A stretch of 64,000 nucleotides of DNA. Source: a bacterium (GTDB lineage: Bacteria; Actinomycetota; CALGFH01). Below, piece by piece: positions 9,456 through 19,365 of the stretch. The notes beneath the pieces were generated by a model. That model saw only the letters and a list, made by a program, of their open reading frames with translations. It ran no database searches and was not told the DNA's origin. Within the stretch, counting starts at the first letter, position 1. The number at the start of each line of letters is the position of its first letter. The stretch lies in NCBI GenBank assembly GCA_046727955.1, contig JBKPDO010000182.1, forward strand, positions 410 to 64,409, given 5' to 3'. Made by a program: the position numbers and the translations under genes.

Positions 9456-11210
9456 ATGACCGGACAGGGCTGGTTGCAGATTCTGATCTACGTGGCGGTG
9501 CTGACCGCGATCACGCCGCTGCTCGGCGGCTACATGGCCCGCGTCTACACGGGCCGGGTAGCCCTGGAGCGGGTGCTCGGGCCGGTGGAGCGCGGGTTCT
9601 ACCGGGCGGTGCGCACCCGCCCCGACCGCGAGCAGGACTGGAAGCAGTACGGGCGGACCGTGCTGGTGTTCTCCGTGCTGTTCTGGCTGGCGCTGTACGC
9701 CATCCTGCGGCTGCAGGGATCGCTGCCGTTCAACCCGCTGCGCTTTGGCGGGGCGCCGTGGAACGTCACCTTCAACACGACCTCGTCGTTCATCACCAAC
9801 ACCAACTGGCAGTACTACGGCGGCGAGACGACCATGTCGTTCCTCTCCCAGATGGCTGGGCTGGCGGTGCAGAACTTCGTCTCGGCTGCGGTCGGCATGG
9901 CGGTGCTGGCCGCGGTCATCCGCGGCTTCGCGCGCCGCGACACCGACCGGCTTGGCAACTTCTGGGTCGACATGACCCGCACGCTGCTGTACATCCTGCT
10001 GCCGCTGTCGATCATCGGCACGCTGCTGCTGGTCTCCCAGGGCGTGGTGCAGACCCTCACCGGCTCGGTCGACTTCAACACCGTGCACGGGTTCACGCAG
10101 TCGCTGGCGCTGGGCCCGGTCGCATCGCAGATCGCCATCAAGCAGCTCGGCACCAACGGCGGCGGGTTCTTCAACGTGAACTCGGCGTTCCCGTTCGAGA
10201 ACGGGACCACTTTCTCCAACTTCGTCGAGATGGTGTTCATCCTGATGATCCCGGCGGCGGCGACCTACCAGTACGGCAAGATGATCGGGCGGCAGCGTCA
10301 GGGCTGGGCGCTGTACGTGGCCATGCTGGTGATGTTCGCCGTCGGCATCGGCAACGCCTACTACCAGGAGGCCAGGACCACCCCCGCGCTGGCCGCGGCG
10401 GGGGTGCACGCCACCGCCGGTCACGGCTCGACCGGCGGCAACCTGCAGGACAAGGAGCAGCGCTTCGGCATCGCCAACTCCGCGCTGTGGGCGACGGCGA
10501 CCACCGACGCGTCCAACGGCTCGGTGAACTCCTCCCACGAGGCCTACAGCGGCCTGGCGACCCTGACGCCGCTGGCCAACCTGATGACCGGCGAGGTGAT
10601 CTTCGGCGGGGTCGGTTCGGGCCTGTACGGCATGCTCATGCTGGTGGTGCTGACGGTGTTCCTCGGTGGCCTGATGGTGGGCCGCACCCCGGAGTACCTG
10701 GGCAAGAAGATCCAGGCCCACGAGGTCAAGATCGTGGCGATCGGGACGCTGTACATGCCGGTCGTGGTCCTGATCGCGACGTCGCTGGCGATCGCCACCC
10801 CTGCCGGGAAGAAGTCGATCTTCGACCCGGGCCCGCAGGGGTTCTCGGAGACGATCTACGCCTACACCTCCCAGGTCAACAACAACGGCTCGGCGTTTGC
10901 CGGCTACACCGGCTTCGTGCAGCCCAACGCGCCCGGCAACAAGGGCGCGACCGGGGTCACCTTCGCCGACTTGCTCGGCGGCGGGGCGATGCTGGTCGGG
11001 CGGTTCATCCCGCTGCTGGCCGCGCTCGCCGTCGCTGGCTCGCTTGCCGTCAAGCGGCCGGCGCCAGCGGGGCCGGGGACGTTCCGGACCGACTCGCCGA
11101 TCTTCATCGTGCTGCTGATCGGTGTCGCCGTGGTCGTCGCCGCGCTGAGCTTCCTCCCGGCATTGGCGCTCGGCCCGCTCGTGCAGGGCCTGACCCACCA
11201 GTTGTTCTAG
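9456..11210 (+). CDS. kdpA: K+-transporting ATPase subunit A (KdpA)
   Basis: 584 aa with a KdpA-typical N-terminus and multi-TM, channel-like repeats. Confidence 0.93.
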   Translation: MTGQGWLQILIYVAVLTAITPLLGGYMARVYTGRVALERVLGPVERGFYRAVRTRPDREQDWKQYGRTVLVFSVLFWLALYAILRLQGSLPFNPLRFGGAPWNVTFNTTSSFITNTNWQYYGGETTMSFLSQMAGLAVQNFVSAAVGMAVLAAVIRGFARRDTDRLGNFWVDMTRTLLYILLPLSIIGTLLLVSQGVVQTLTGSVDFNTVHGFTQSLALGPVASQIAIKQLGTNGGGFFNVNSAFPFENGTTFSNFVEMVFILMIPAAATYQYGKMIGRQRQGWALYVAMLVMFAVGIGNAYYQEARTTPALAAAGVHATAGHGSTGGNLQDKEQRFGIANSALWATATTDASNGSVNSSHEAYSGLATLTPLANLMTGEVIFGGVGSGLYGMLMLVVLTVFLGGLMVGRTPEYLGKKIQAHEVKIVAIGTLYMPVVVLIATSLAIATPAGKKSIFDPGPQGFSETIYAYTSQVNNNGSAFAGYTGFVQPNAPGNKGATGVTFADLLGGGAMLVGRFIPLLAALAVAGSLAVKRPAPAGPGTFRTDSPIFIVLLIGVAVVVAALSFLPALALGPLVQGLTHQLF

Positions 11211-11229
11211 CGATCGCGGAGGCACAGCA

Positions 11230-11883
11230 GTGCGCAGAGACATCATCGGGTCGGTGGTCGCCATCGTGGTGATCACCATCGGCTTCGGTCTGGTTTACCC
11301 GCTGGTCATGACCGGCGTGGCGCAGGTCACCTTCCGCGATCAGGCCGACGGGAGCCAGGTCAAGCAAAACGGCAAGGTCGTCGGCTCGAGCCTGATCGGC
11401 CAGGACTTCCGCAAGCCGGTACTGGACGCCAGCGGCAAGCCCAAGGTGGACAAAGACGGCAACCCAGTGCTGGAGGCCGACCCGAACTGGTTCCAGAGCC
11501 GCCCGTCGCAGAGCGGCTACTCGGCCAACGTCACTTTCTTCTCAAACCTCGGCCCCAACCAGAAGGACCTCGCCGACCAGGTCAAGGCCAACCTCGACGC
11601 CTACCTGGCCCTGGAGCGGCCCTACACCCCGACCCTGACGGCCACGGGTGTCCCCGTCGACGCGGTCACCAGCTCGGCCTCCGGGGTCGACCCGCAAATC
11701 TCGGTCGCCAACGCGCGCATCCAGGCCAACCGCATCGCCGCGGTGCGCAAGGCCCCGCTGGACCGCGTCCTGAGGCTGATCAGCGCCCACACCGACGGGC
11801 GCGCGCTGGGGGTGCTCGGCGAGCCCGGTGTGAACGTGCTCGAGCTCAACCTGGCACTCGACAAGGAGTTCCCACTGCGATGA
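11230..11883 (+). CDS. kdpC: K+-transporting ATPase subunit C (KdpC)
   Basis: N-terminal TM, SLIGQDF, and a C-terminal [10 protein letters not shown] that matches E. coli KdpC ...VELNLALDK. Confidence 0.88.
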   Translation: MRRDIIGSVVAIVVITIGFGLVYPLVMTGVAQVTFRDQADGSQVKQNGKVVGSSLIGQDFRKPVLDASGKPKVDKDGNPVLEADPNWFQSRPSQSGYSANVTFFSNLGPNQKDLADQVKANLDAYLALERPYTPTLTATGVPVDAVTSSASGVDPQISVANARIQANRIAAVRKAPLDRVLRLISAHTDGRALGVLGEPGVNVLELNLALDKEFPLR

Positions 11884-14018
11884 CCACACCAGTCCAGCCC
11901 AACCAGGCGCCTGAGCCGGAGGCGCCGCCCGGGGCGCCGCCCGGGGCGGCGTCTGTGTCGCAGGCGTCCCAGTCGATCTTCGACCCGGCGATCCTGCGCG
12001 CCGCGATCTGGCCGAGCATCACCAAGCTCGACCCCCGCGTGCAGATCCGCAACCCGGTCATGTTCGTCGTCGAGATCGGCGCGGCGATCACTACGGTGGC
12101 CTGGCTGATCCAGGCGTTCGGCGGTGCCCCGCTCGGCGGCGGCCACGAGCCGTGGTGGTTCACCTTCACGGTGGCCATCTGGCTGTGGCTGACGGTGGTG
12201 TTCGCCAACTTCGCCGAGGCGCTCGCCGAGGGCCGCGGCAAGGCCCAGGCGGCCGCCCTGCGGGCGCTGCGCACCGACACCATCGCCCACATGCGCGACG
12301 GCAGCGAGCGGCGCGCTTCTGAGCTGCGCCGCGGCGACGTGGTCGTGGTCAGGGCCGGCGAGGTGATGCCCGGCGACGGCACCATCATCGAGGGGATCGC
12401 CTCGGTCGACGAGTCGGCCATCACCGGCGAGTCGGCCCCGGTGATCCGCGAGGCCGGCGGCGACCGCAGCGCGGTGACCGGCGGCACCCACGTGCTATCG
12501 GACCGGATCGTGGTAGAGATCACCGCCGAGCCAGGCAAAAGCTTCCTGGACCGCATGATCGCGCTGGTCGAGGGCGCCGACCGGCGCAAGACTCCCAATG
12601 AGATCGCACTGAACATCCTGTTGGCGGCGATGACCGCCGTGTTCTTGGTGATCGTCGTCTCGCTGCGTCCATTCGCGCTGTTCGCCCATACGGCCGCCTC
12701 CACCACCACGCTGATCGCGCTGCTGGTCGCGCTGATCCCCACGACCATCGGGGCACTGCTGTCGGCCATCGGCATCGCCGGCATGGACCGGCTGGTGCGC
12801 CGCAACGTGCTGGCGAGGTCGGGCCGCGCGGTCGAGGCGTCTGGGGACGTGGACGTGCTGCTGCTGGACAAGACCGGCACGATCACGCTGGGCAACCGGC
12901 AGGCGACCGAGCTGCTGCCGCTGCCCGGTGTGGAGGTCGGTGAGCTCGCCGACGCGGCGCAGCTGTCGTCGCTGTCGGACGAGACCCCCGAGGGCCGCTC
13001 GATCGTGGTGCTGGCCAAGGAGCGCTACGGGCTGCGCGGTCGCGAGCTGCTGGAACGCCGCGCCCAGTTCATCCCGTTCAGCGCGCAGACCCGTATGTCC
13101 GGCGCGGACCTGGACGGCCGGCGGGTCCGCAAGGGCGCCTCAGACGCCGTTGGCGCCTGGGTGCGCGCGCAGGGCGGCACGGTGCCGCCGCAGCTCACCC
13201 GGATGGTGGAGGAGATCGCCCGCGACGGCGGCACCCCGCTAGTGGTCGCCGACGGCGCTCGCCCGCTGGGGGTGGTGCATCTCAAGGACATCGTCAAGGG
13301 CGGCATGCGCGACCGCTTCGACCAGCTGCGGCAGATGGGCATCCGCACGGTGATGATCACCGGTGACAACCCGCTGACCGCCGCGGCGATCGCCAGCGAG
13401 GCCGGCGTGGACGACTTCCTCGCCCAGGCCACCCCGGAGCGGAAGCTGGAGCTGATCCGCGCCGAGCAGGCCGAGGGGCGGATGGTGGCGATGACCGGCG
13501 ACGGCACCAACGACGCGCCCGCACTGGCTCAGGCCGACGTCGGGGTGACCATGAACACCGGCACCCAGGCCGCGCGCGAGGCCGGCAACATGATCGACCT
13601 GGACTCCAACCCCACCAAGCTGATCGAGATCGTCGAGGTCGGCAAGCAGTTGCTGATCACCCGCGGGGCGCTGACCACTTTTTCGATCGCCAACGACGTC
13701 GCTAAGTACTTCGCGTTCCTGCCCGCCATATTCGTCAGCTCCTACGCGGCCGCCGGCGCCGCCAAGGGGCCGCTGGACCAGCTCAACATCCTGCGGCTCG
13801 GCACCCCCCTGTCGGCGATCATATCGGCGGTCGTCTTCAACGCGCTGATCATCCCGCTACTGGTGCCACTGGCCCTGCGGGGGGTGCGCTACCGCCCGGT
13901 CGGCGCGACCGCGCTGCTGCGACGCAACCTGTGGCTGTACGGCTTCGGCGGCCTCATCGCGCCGTTCATCGGCATCAAGCTCGTCGACCTCGTCGTCCAC
14001 AACTTGCTCGGAGCCTGA
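11880..14018 (+). CDS. kdpB: K+-transporting P-type ATPase subunit B (KdpB)
   Basis: DKTGTIT phosphorylation motif, [10 protein letters not shown] and [17 protein letters not shown]. 712 aa. Overlaps the kdpC stop (ATGA). Confidence 0.93.
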   Translation: MTTPVQPNQAPEPEAPPGAPPGAASVSQASQSIFDPAILRAAIWPSITKLDPRVQIRNPVMFVVEIGAAITTVAWLIQAFGGAPLGGGHEPWWFTFTVAIWLWLTVVFANFAEALAEGRGKAQAAALRALRTDTIAHMRDGSERRASELRRGDVVVVRAGEVMPGDGTIIEGIASVDESAITGESAPVIREAGGDRSAVTGGTHVLSDRIVVEITAEPGKSFLDRMIALVEGADRRKTPNEIALNILLAAMTAVFLVIVVSLRPFALFAHTAASTTTLIALLVALIPTTIGALLSAIGIAGMDRLVRRNVLARSGRAVEASGDVDVLLLDKTGTITLGNRQATELLPLPGVEVGELADAAQLSSLSDETPEGRSIVVLAKERYGLRGRELLERRAQFIPFSAQTRMSGADLDGRRVRKGASDAVGAWVRAQGGTVPPQLTRMVEEIARDGGTPLVVADGARPLGVVHLKDIVKGGMRDRFDQLRQMGIRTVMITGDNPLTAAAIASEAGVDDFLAQATPERKLELIRAEQAEGRMVAMTGDGTNDAPALAQADVGVTMNTGTQAAREAGNMIDLDSNPTKLIEIVEVGKQLLITRGALTTFSIANDVAKYFAFLPAIFVSSYAAAGAAKGPLDQLNILRLGTPLSAIISAVVFNALIIPLLVPLALRGVRYRPVGATALLRRNLWLYGFGGLIAPFIGIKLVDLVVHNLLGA

Positions 14019-14033
14019 CAGCGAACGACCTGC

Positions 14034-14110
14034 ACCACCACCACCACCACCACCACCACCACCACCGGGGGCGGCGGCCCGCCGGACCCAGCCGACCGGA
14101 CCCAGCCGAC
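14034..14110. repeat. Microsatellites: (cac)11 followed by 14-bp ggacccagccgacc x3
   Basis: Direct reading immediately after the kdpB stop. Confidence 0.8.
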
Positions 14111-14160
14111 CGGACCCAGCCGAGGCGGGTCAGCTCATGGGCTACCGCCTCGAGCCGGAA

Positions 14161-14367
14161 TTAGAAACCCGCCTCGGGGTCCAGCCCGAAGGGTCCTTCG
14201 GCCATTGCCCAGTTGACGAACTGCGCCGTGTTCTCGCCGATGTTGTCGTTCACGAATGCCGACGCCAGCTCGTCGATGCGCTCGTCGCTGTAGCCCTCGG
14301 CCCCGAGCAGCGGACGCGCCTCGTCGGCGAGCAGGCGGGCGCGCTCGTCTGGGTCAGAGCTCTGCAT
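14161..14367 (-). CDS. Hypothetical small acidic protein (68 aa)
   Basis: ATG preceded by a gaagaggg RBS. Product MQSSDPDERARLL...DPEAGF. No recognisable domain. Confidence 0.35.
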   Translation of the reverse strand: MQSSDPDERARLLADEARPLLGAEGYSDERIDELASAFVNDNIGENTAQFVNWAMAEGPFGLDPEAGF

Positions 14368-14720
14368 GGGCGATCCCTCTTCTGGCTTGCCACGCTCGTG
14401 TCCGGGCCTGGTGGAGGCGCGGGAGCGGGTAACGGTCTGGAACATGCCGCACGCCATTCTGCAGCATGATCTTCATTCCTGAGCAGCCCGTCCAGCGAAG
14501 TCCACGGATACGAGCCCTCGCCCGTATCGCCGGGATAGTCCTACTTGCCCATGACAGCGCGCGGTGTGGTGACTTGCGGGTGACTGAGCCTCCGGCGGCA
14601 TTGCCGCCCACTCAGAGGAGGTTTGACCCGAGATATTCATCGATCGGCCGGCACTCGCTTACCCGGCGGTCAGGCACGTGGGCGAGGGCTCCGCGGAACG
14701 CTACGGCAACGGAGGAGCGC

Positions 14721-15671
14721 ATGGACAAGCGCATCGGCCGACGAACCTTCATGAAGGGCGCCGGAGCGCTGGGTGCAGGCAGCCTCGCAGCATCGGTCCT
14801 GCCGACGAGCCCGGCCCTCGCACGAGAGAGCGCTCGTCTGGCCGCCAGCACGCCACTTCAGCACATCATCATCGACTGCCAAGAGAACCGGTCGTTCGAT
14901 CACTACTTTGGGTTCGCGCCGTTCGCGGGCCAATATGGCGTCCCGCCAGGATATTCCCAGCCCGATGGCCAGGGCGGCAGCGTGACGCCGTTCGAATTCA
15001 CGAGCCTCTCGACGCCGGACATCGGCCATTCCTGGAACGCGATCCACAGGCAGTGGAATAGCGGCGCAATGGATGGCTTCTACACCACCGACGGCATCGA
15101 CTGCATGGGCTATTACACCGCTGAGCAGCTCCCCTACTACTACAGCCTGTTCGACGACTTCACGCTCTGCGTGAACTACTTCTGCTCGGTGCTCGGCCCC
15201 ACTTGGCCGAATCGGTTCTACCTCGCCGCGGGGACGTCCGGAGGCATAACGACCAACGGCGTCTGGGGCTACGGCGTTTTCGACTACCCGATCATCCTTG
15301 ACCTGCTCGAGGACGCCGGCGTGACCTGGAAGGTCTACAACATCGGCTGGGACAGCGTCCCGTTTGGGAACACCGACAACGTCTTCGTCTTCTGGGAGCG
15401 GTGGGCGCACGACCAGCGGACCCGGGGCAGCAAGGGCGGCTTCCTGAACGATCTGCGACTCGGACGCCTGCCACAGGTCTCGTTCCTCGTCCCAAGCTTC
15501 GCCAGGGGCTGGGACGAGCATCCTCTCGCGTCCGTCAACCACCGGTTCGACGTCTCCACTCCAGGGGGACCGAACAACGAGGCTTCGGGCGGTCAGCTGG
15601 CCGGTCCTCCCGCCCCGCCTCGGGACGGGCTCGCCGCGGTCGGCAACCTGATGGAGTGCTTCGAATTCTGA
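14721..15671 (+). CDS. Tat-secreted phosphoesterase-family protein (phospholipase C / AcpA family), possibly C-terminally short
   Basis: Twin-arginine signal RIGRRTFMKGAGALGAG and the phosphoesterase signature IIDCQENRSFDHYFG. An aggagc RBS precedes the start. Confidence 0.72.
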   Translation: MDKRIGRRTFMKGAGALGAGSLAASVLPTSPALARESARLAASTPLQHIIIDCQENRSFDHYFGFAPFAGQYGVPPGYSQPDGQGGSVTPFEFTSLSTPDIGHSWNAIHRQWNSGAMDGFYTTDGIDCMGYYTAEQLPYYYSLFDDFTLCVNYFCSVLGPTWPNRFYLAAGTSGGITTNGVWGYGVFDYPIILDLLEDAGVTWKVYNIGWDSVPFGNTDNVFVFWERWAHDQRTRGSKGGFLNDLRLGRLPQVSFLVPSFARGWDEHPLASVNHRFDVSTPGGPNNEASGGQLAGPPAPPRDGLAAVGNLMECFEF

Positions 15672-15771
15672 GGCGGGCCCACAGACGCCTGAAGCGCCCA
15701 GATGTGGGGCGCGGTACTGCTCAGCCCAACCCGGGCTTTCAGCCCCGACCGAACGGCTGCTTCGTGCCTGC

Positions 15772-17388
15772 TCAGTACCTCTGGAGGAAGACGTCGGGCT
15801 GGTTCTCCGTCACCCCCGCCGCGGTGGTGACCACGTTGCGGTTGTCACCCCAGCTCACGAAGCGACGAGACCCGTTCGACGCGATCTGGTTGTAGTCGCC
15901 CATGTAACACGCGGCGATGACGGGATCCTGATTCGGGTTGGTCTGGTAGATCGGGAACGGCACGGTGCTGAGCGCGACCTCGCCCGAGCTCACCGGCGCC
16001 GCGCTCGCGGTGGCCAGCGTCAGGTCCTCCTTGTCGGTCCGCAGCAGATCCGGGCCGCCGCTCGGATTTTGGACCCGCTCATACCACATGGCGTGCAGCC
16101 CGCTGGCGTCGGTCACGATGGCCGGCTGGTAGCGGTCGTTCATGAACACGGTGCTGACCGGTCCGCTGATGACCTGGGGCGTGCTGAAGGTCTTGGCGCC
16201 GTCGGTCGAGTAGCTGAGGAAGATGCGGGTGGCGTTGTCGAACCCGCCGCCCGTCCCGGCGGGCCGGTCGTTCCACGCCAGGTACAAGGTGCCGTTGGCG
16301 TCGAGGGTGCTGCTTGGCGCCTCGAACTGCCGGGAGTCGTGGCCTGGCGCAGTCTCGATTACCCCGAGGGCAGCAAACCCGCAGAACCGCAGGACGTCGC
16401 CGGCGCCCTGCACGCGAGCCACGGAGGTGATCCGGGTCACCGTGGCGTTGGCCACGTTCACGGTGGCCACGAACTGCGTCCCGCTGGTCACGTCAGGGTT
16501 GGTAGTGCACGCCGCGATGTCGAACTGCTCCCAGGTCACGTACAGGGTGCCCCCGGCGGGGACAGGATGCGACCCCGGCGTGGTCGGCGCGCAGGTGTCA
16601 GAAGCGGAGATCTGCGTCGTCCGCCAGTGCACCCCGTCCGTGGAATCGGACAGCATCACCGGGCCCTGGACAAACGAGTGCGCATAGAACGTCCACGTGA
16701 GGTAGAAGTGCGTTCTGCCCTGGGCGTCCCGCCCGACCGACAGCAGTTCCTTGTCGGCGAAGAACGAGGTGGCGTTGCCCACGTTCACCGGCACCGACAG
16801 CAGCCGGAAGGTGTTGGTGCCCGCCGGCATCTCATACAGCGCGATCAGCGACTTGCTGAAGTGGCCCTGGTAGGCCAGGGTCGCGTAGTAGACGTTCCCT
16901 TGGTCGTCGGTGGCCAGCGAGGGGTCCCCGATGGGCTGGACGTCGCCGCTCCAGGGAAGGTCCCCCATGTCGGTGAAGCTCCTGCCGCCGTCGGTAGATA
17001 CCGAGTAGCCGCTGAGGTTGATGGCTGGCACGCAGCACACCAGGGAGTCGTTGAAGCCGACGACGACCTTCTTGCCCACCGCCACCACAGCCGTCTCGCT
17101 CTGGGTATTCTGGGAGGAGGCGTCGTCCTCGGCTAGGCAGGTCACCTGGACGTTCCCGGTGGGGCTGGGCTCGGCTGGACAGGCCGTTCCCGCATTGACC
17201 GGCGACGGCTGGCGAAGCCGCCCACTCAGCACGCCAGCGAGCACGTCCCCGGCCGCCGACACGTGATTCTGCGGCAGGTACCACTCTGGGTTCGAGTTGG
17301 CAGCGACAGCAGGTGCGATGGTTGCAGGCAGTACTCCTGCCGCGACCACCGCGAGGGCCAGCAGGCTCACGAACACGCATCGCCTCAT
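15772..17388 (-). CDS. Secreted BNR/Asp-box repeat protein, sialidase-like (paralog 1)
   Basis: Signal peptide MRRCVFVSLLALAVVAAG. Asp-boxes STDGGRSF, STDGVHW and STDGAKTF. A ggagagaggg RBS precedes the start. Confidence 0.78.
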   Translation of the reverse strand: MRRCVFVSLLALAVVAAGVLPATIAPAVAANSNPEWYLPQNHVSAAGDVLAGVLSGRLRQPSPVNAGTACPAEPSPTGNVQVTCLAEDDASSQNTQSETAVVAVGKKVVVGFNDSLVCCVPAINLSGYSVSTDGGRSFTDMGDLPWSGDVQPIGDPSLATDDQGNVYYATLAYQGHFSKSLIALYEMPAGTNTFRLLSVPVNVGNATSFFADKELLSVGRDAQGRTHFYLTWTFYAHSFVQGPVMLSDSTDGVHWRTTQISASDTCAPTTPGSHPVPAGGTLYVTWEQFDIAACTTNPDVTSGTQFVATVNVANATVTRITSVARVQGAGDVLRFCGFAALGVIETAPGHDSRQFEAPSSTLDANGTLYLAWNDRPAGTGGGFDNATRIFLSYSTDGAKTFSTPQVISGPVSTVFMNDRYQPAIVTDASGLHAMWYERVQNPSGGPDLLRTDKEDLTLATASAAPVSSGEVALSTVPFPIYQTNPNQDPVIAACYMGDYNQIASNGSRRFVSWGDNRNVVTTAAGVTENQPDVFLQRY

Positions 17389-17538
17389 TGCGACACCCTC
17401 TCTCCGCGGCTCATTCGCCATGGGAACCCGAAGGTTGGGCCATGGCTGGAAACACCAGGGTCGGCCTCCCGCGGGCTCGACCATCCTCTCGCTGGCCGGG
17501 TCTGTCAATCCCTCCACCAGCAGGCCCATCGCGGCGGC

Positions 17539-18368
17539 CTAGTCCTCGATGCGGCGCATGAGCCGGTCGCGCTCAGAGGGCTCGCGGGCGCCGCCCTGCC
17601 GGTACAGCTCCGCGAACCCCCGGATGGTCGTCAGCGGGGTGCGCAGCTCGTGGCTTGCGTCGGTGATGAAGCGGCGCATGCGCTCCTCGGAGCGGCGGGC
17701 GGCCGCCTCGGAGGCAGCGCGGGCCCGGAAGGCCGCCTCGATCTGGGCCAGCATACTGTTGAGCGCCCGCCCCAGCCGGCCGACCTCGGTGCGCGGGTCG
17801 CGGTCGGGGACACGCCGCGACAGCTCGCCGGCCGCGATCGCCCCCGCCGTTCGCTCGATCTCGGCCAGGGGCCGCAGGCTGGCGCGGACGATGGCCACGC
17901 CGACCCCGGCAAGCACCACCAGGATGGCGACGCTCACGGCCAGGTCGATGCCCTGCAGGCGGCCGATGGTGGCACTGACCTCGTCGAGGCTGGCGGCGGC
18001 CACGACGGTGGCGCCGGAGCCGCCGGGGAGCGGCTCGACCAGCACCCGCCACTGGCCCCCGGCTGCTGGAGCTCCAAGGCGGGGGCCTGCAAGCTCCTGG
18101 CGAGCGCGCGCGGAGCGGCCACCCGTGCGGCGGTCAGATCGACGACGACCATGTCACTGCTGGCGGCCAGGCGGTCGAGCGCTTGGCTGAGCCGGTTGAG
18201 CGCCGGCCGGTCCAGCGTTCCCGCCGGACGGAGGACCGTGGTGAGCCACCCGCCCGCCTGGAGGTCGGCGTTGCCGGGTCGTGTGTCGGTGCTCAGCTGC
18301 CCACTGTTTGCCGGGCCCTCGCCGAAGCGCTTGACCAGGCCCTCTACCAGAGTCGCTGTGTCATTCAT
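17539..18368 (-). pseudogene. Sensor histidine kinase remnant (TM + HAMP + HisKA only; HATPase missing; upstream sensor part in a different frame)
   Basis: HisKA box FITDASHELRTPLTTI followed by an in-frame stop after about 30 aa. The periplasmic-like segment at 17934-18368 is frameshifted. Confidence 0.55.
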
Positions 18369-18916
18369 GGGTCATCTCCTCCCGTTTGCATCGGGCCAAA
18401 AGCCGGAGATCTCGCCGCGGCGGATGTCGCGGTCGATCCCGGCCGTAGCGATGAGCCCGTCGAACCGGCGCACCAGGCGCTCCGCGCTGATGGCCGTCGG
18501 CCCGGCAGGCAATCGTCGGCGTCCAACGTCGCGGCCACTGCCGCGGGGTGGTGTCGGCGGAAGTGGGGCGGTCGGGGAGTCGGGTGGGCGTCGCATAGTC
18601 GCCTCCGGTGTCAGCGTCAGTGCTTCCTGCTGACCCCACCCTGGACCGTCGAGCTTGGACTCTCGTGGGAGTCCGCTGCAGGTCGGCTGGGAACCGCGGG
18701 GCTGGGCATGCCGTACAGCTGTGCCGGACGGTCTCGCTGTCGCGGTCCGGCTCCACGAACGTGGGCAAGAACATCTACTCGCCGCTGCCGAGTTGGCAGT
18801 CGACGCGCAGTTAGGCGTCGGACGCGCGGCCCCTTGGACGACGCAGCGCCCTTCAGGGCCTCGTAGGGCGAAAGTCTTCGTGGCCCCTGGCTATTGGTGA
18901 CCAGAAGCGGTTGTTG

Positions 18917-18990
18917 TGGGGCTGGCAGGCCTCGAACCTGCGACCGGGCGATTATGAGTCGCCTGCTCTGACCGACTGAGCTACAGCCCC
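18917..18990 (-). tRNA. tRNA-Met (anticodon CAU; could alternatively be tRNA-Ile2 lysidine)
   Basis: Reverse complement ggggctgtagctcagtcggtcagagcaggcgactcataatcgcccggtcgcaggttcgaggcctgccagcccca. Acceptor, D, anticodon (cuCAUaa) and T arms are all foldable. Confidence 0.85.
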
Positions 18991-18998
18991 ATGCCAGA

Positions 18999-19040
18999 AG
19001 TTTATGAGTCCGCTGCTCTGACCGACTGAGCTACGGGCCC
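18999..19040 (-). pseudogene. 5' half copy of a tRNA (acceptor 5' strand, D-arm and anticodon loop CAU; anticodon-stem 3' strand and T-arm absent)
   Basis: The reverse complement gggcccgtagctcagtcggtcagagcagcggactcataaa diverges after the anticodon loop. It lies directly 5' of the intact tRNA. Confidence 0.6.
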
Positions 19041-19365
19041 TAGCTGGGCATTTCCGGCTCCTCGCGTTGCTCGGAGCCGTCGTTACTACCCCATCGCGCA
19101 AGTCTGGACCGCGCCCGCTCGCACCGACAGCCCCCGCGCAGCCAACCCTCGGTCAGCGAGCGCTGGTCCGCCAGCCGCCCAGAGGTCGCATGATCGCTTG
19201 CCGGGCGCTGGGCGCACTGGCCAGCCGAATGCTGTGCGGTGGATGGACTGTCAGGGTACGGAACTATGAAGGGCGCGATCTGCGCGAAACTCGCGCGGGG
19301 TCTCCGAGCATGCCGGCCGCTCTGAGGTAGGCTGGATTTCTGCCCCCTGACGTGCAGGAGCCCTT

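Noticed and set aside
14034-14110. Possible CRISPR array or other spaced repeat after kdpB.
   Set aside because: These are pure microsatellites, (cac)11 and 14-bp x3, with no repeat-spacer periodicity and no cas genes.
17539-18600. Truncated two-component remnants as the missing kdpDE.
   Set aside because: The kinase fragment has only a generic HAMP/HisKA and no KdpD N-terminal sensor domain. It lies on the opposite strand 3.5 kb from kdpB.
19040-19360. ORFs downstream of the tRNA (19040-19783 -, 19067-19330 +) as possible integrase or excisionase remnants.
   Set aside because: The translations are repetitive Ala/Gly/Pro junk, partly the antisense of the CPBP RPQDQ repeat, with no integrase motifs.
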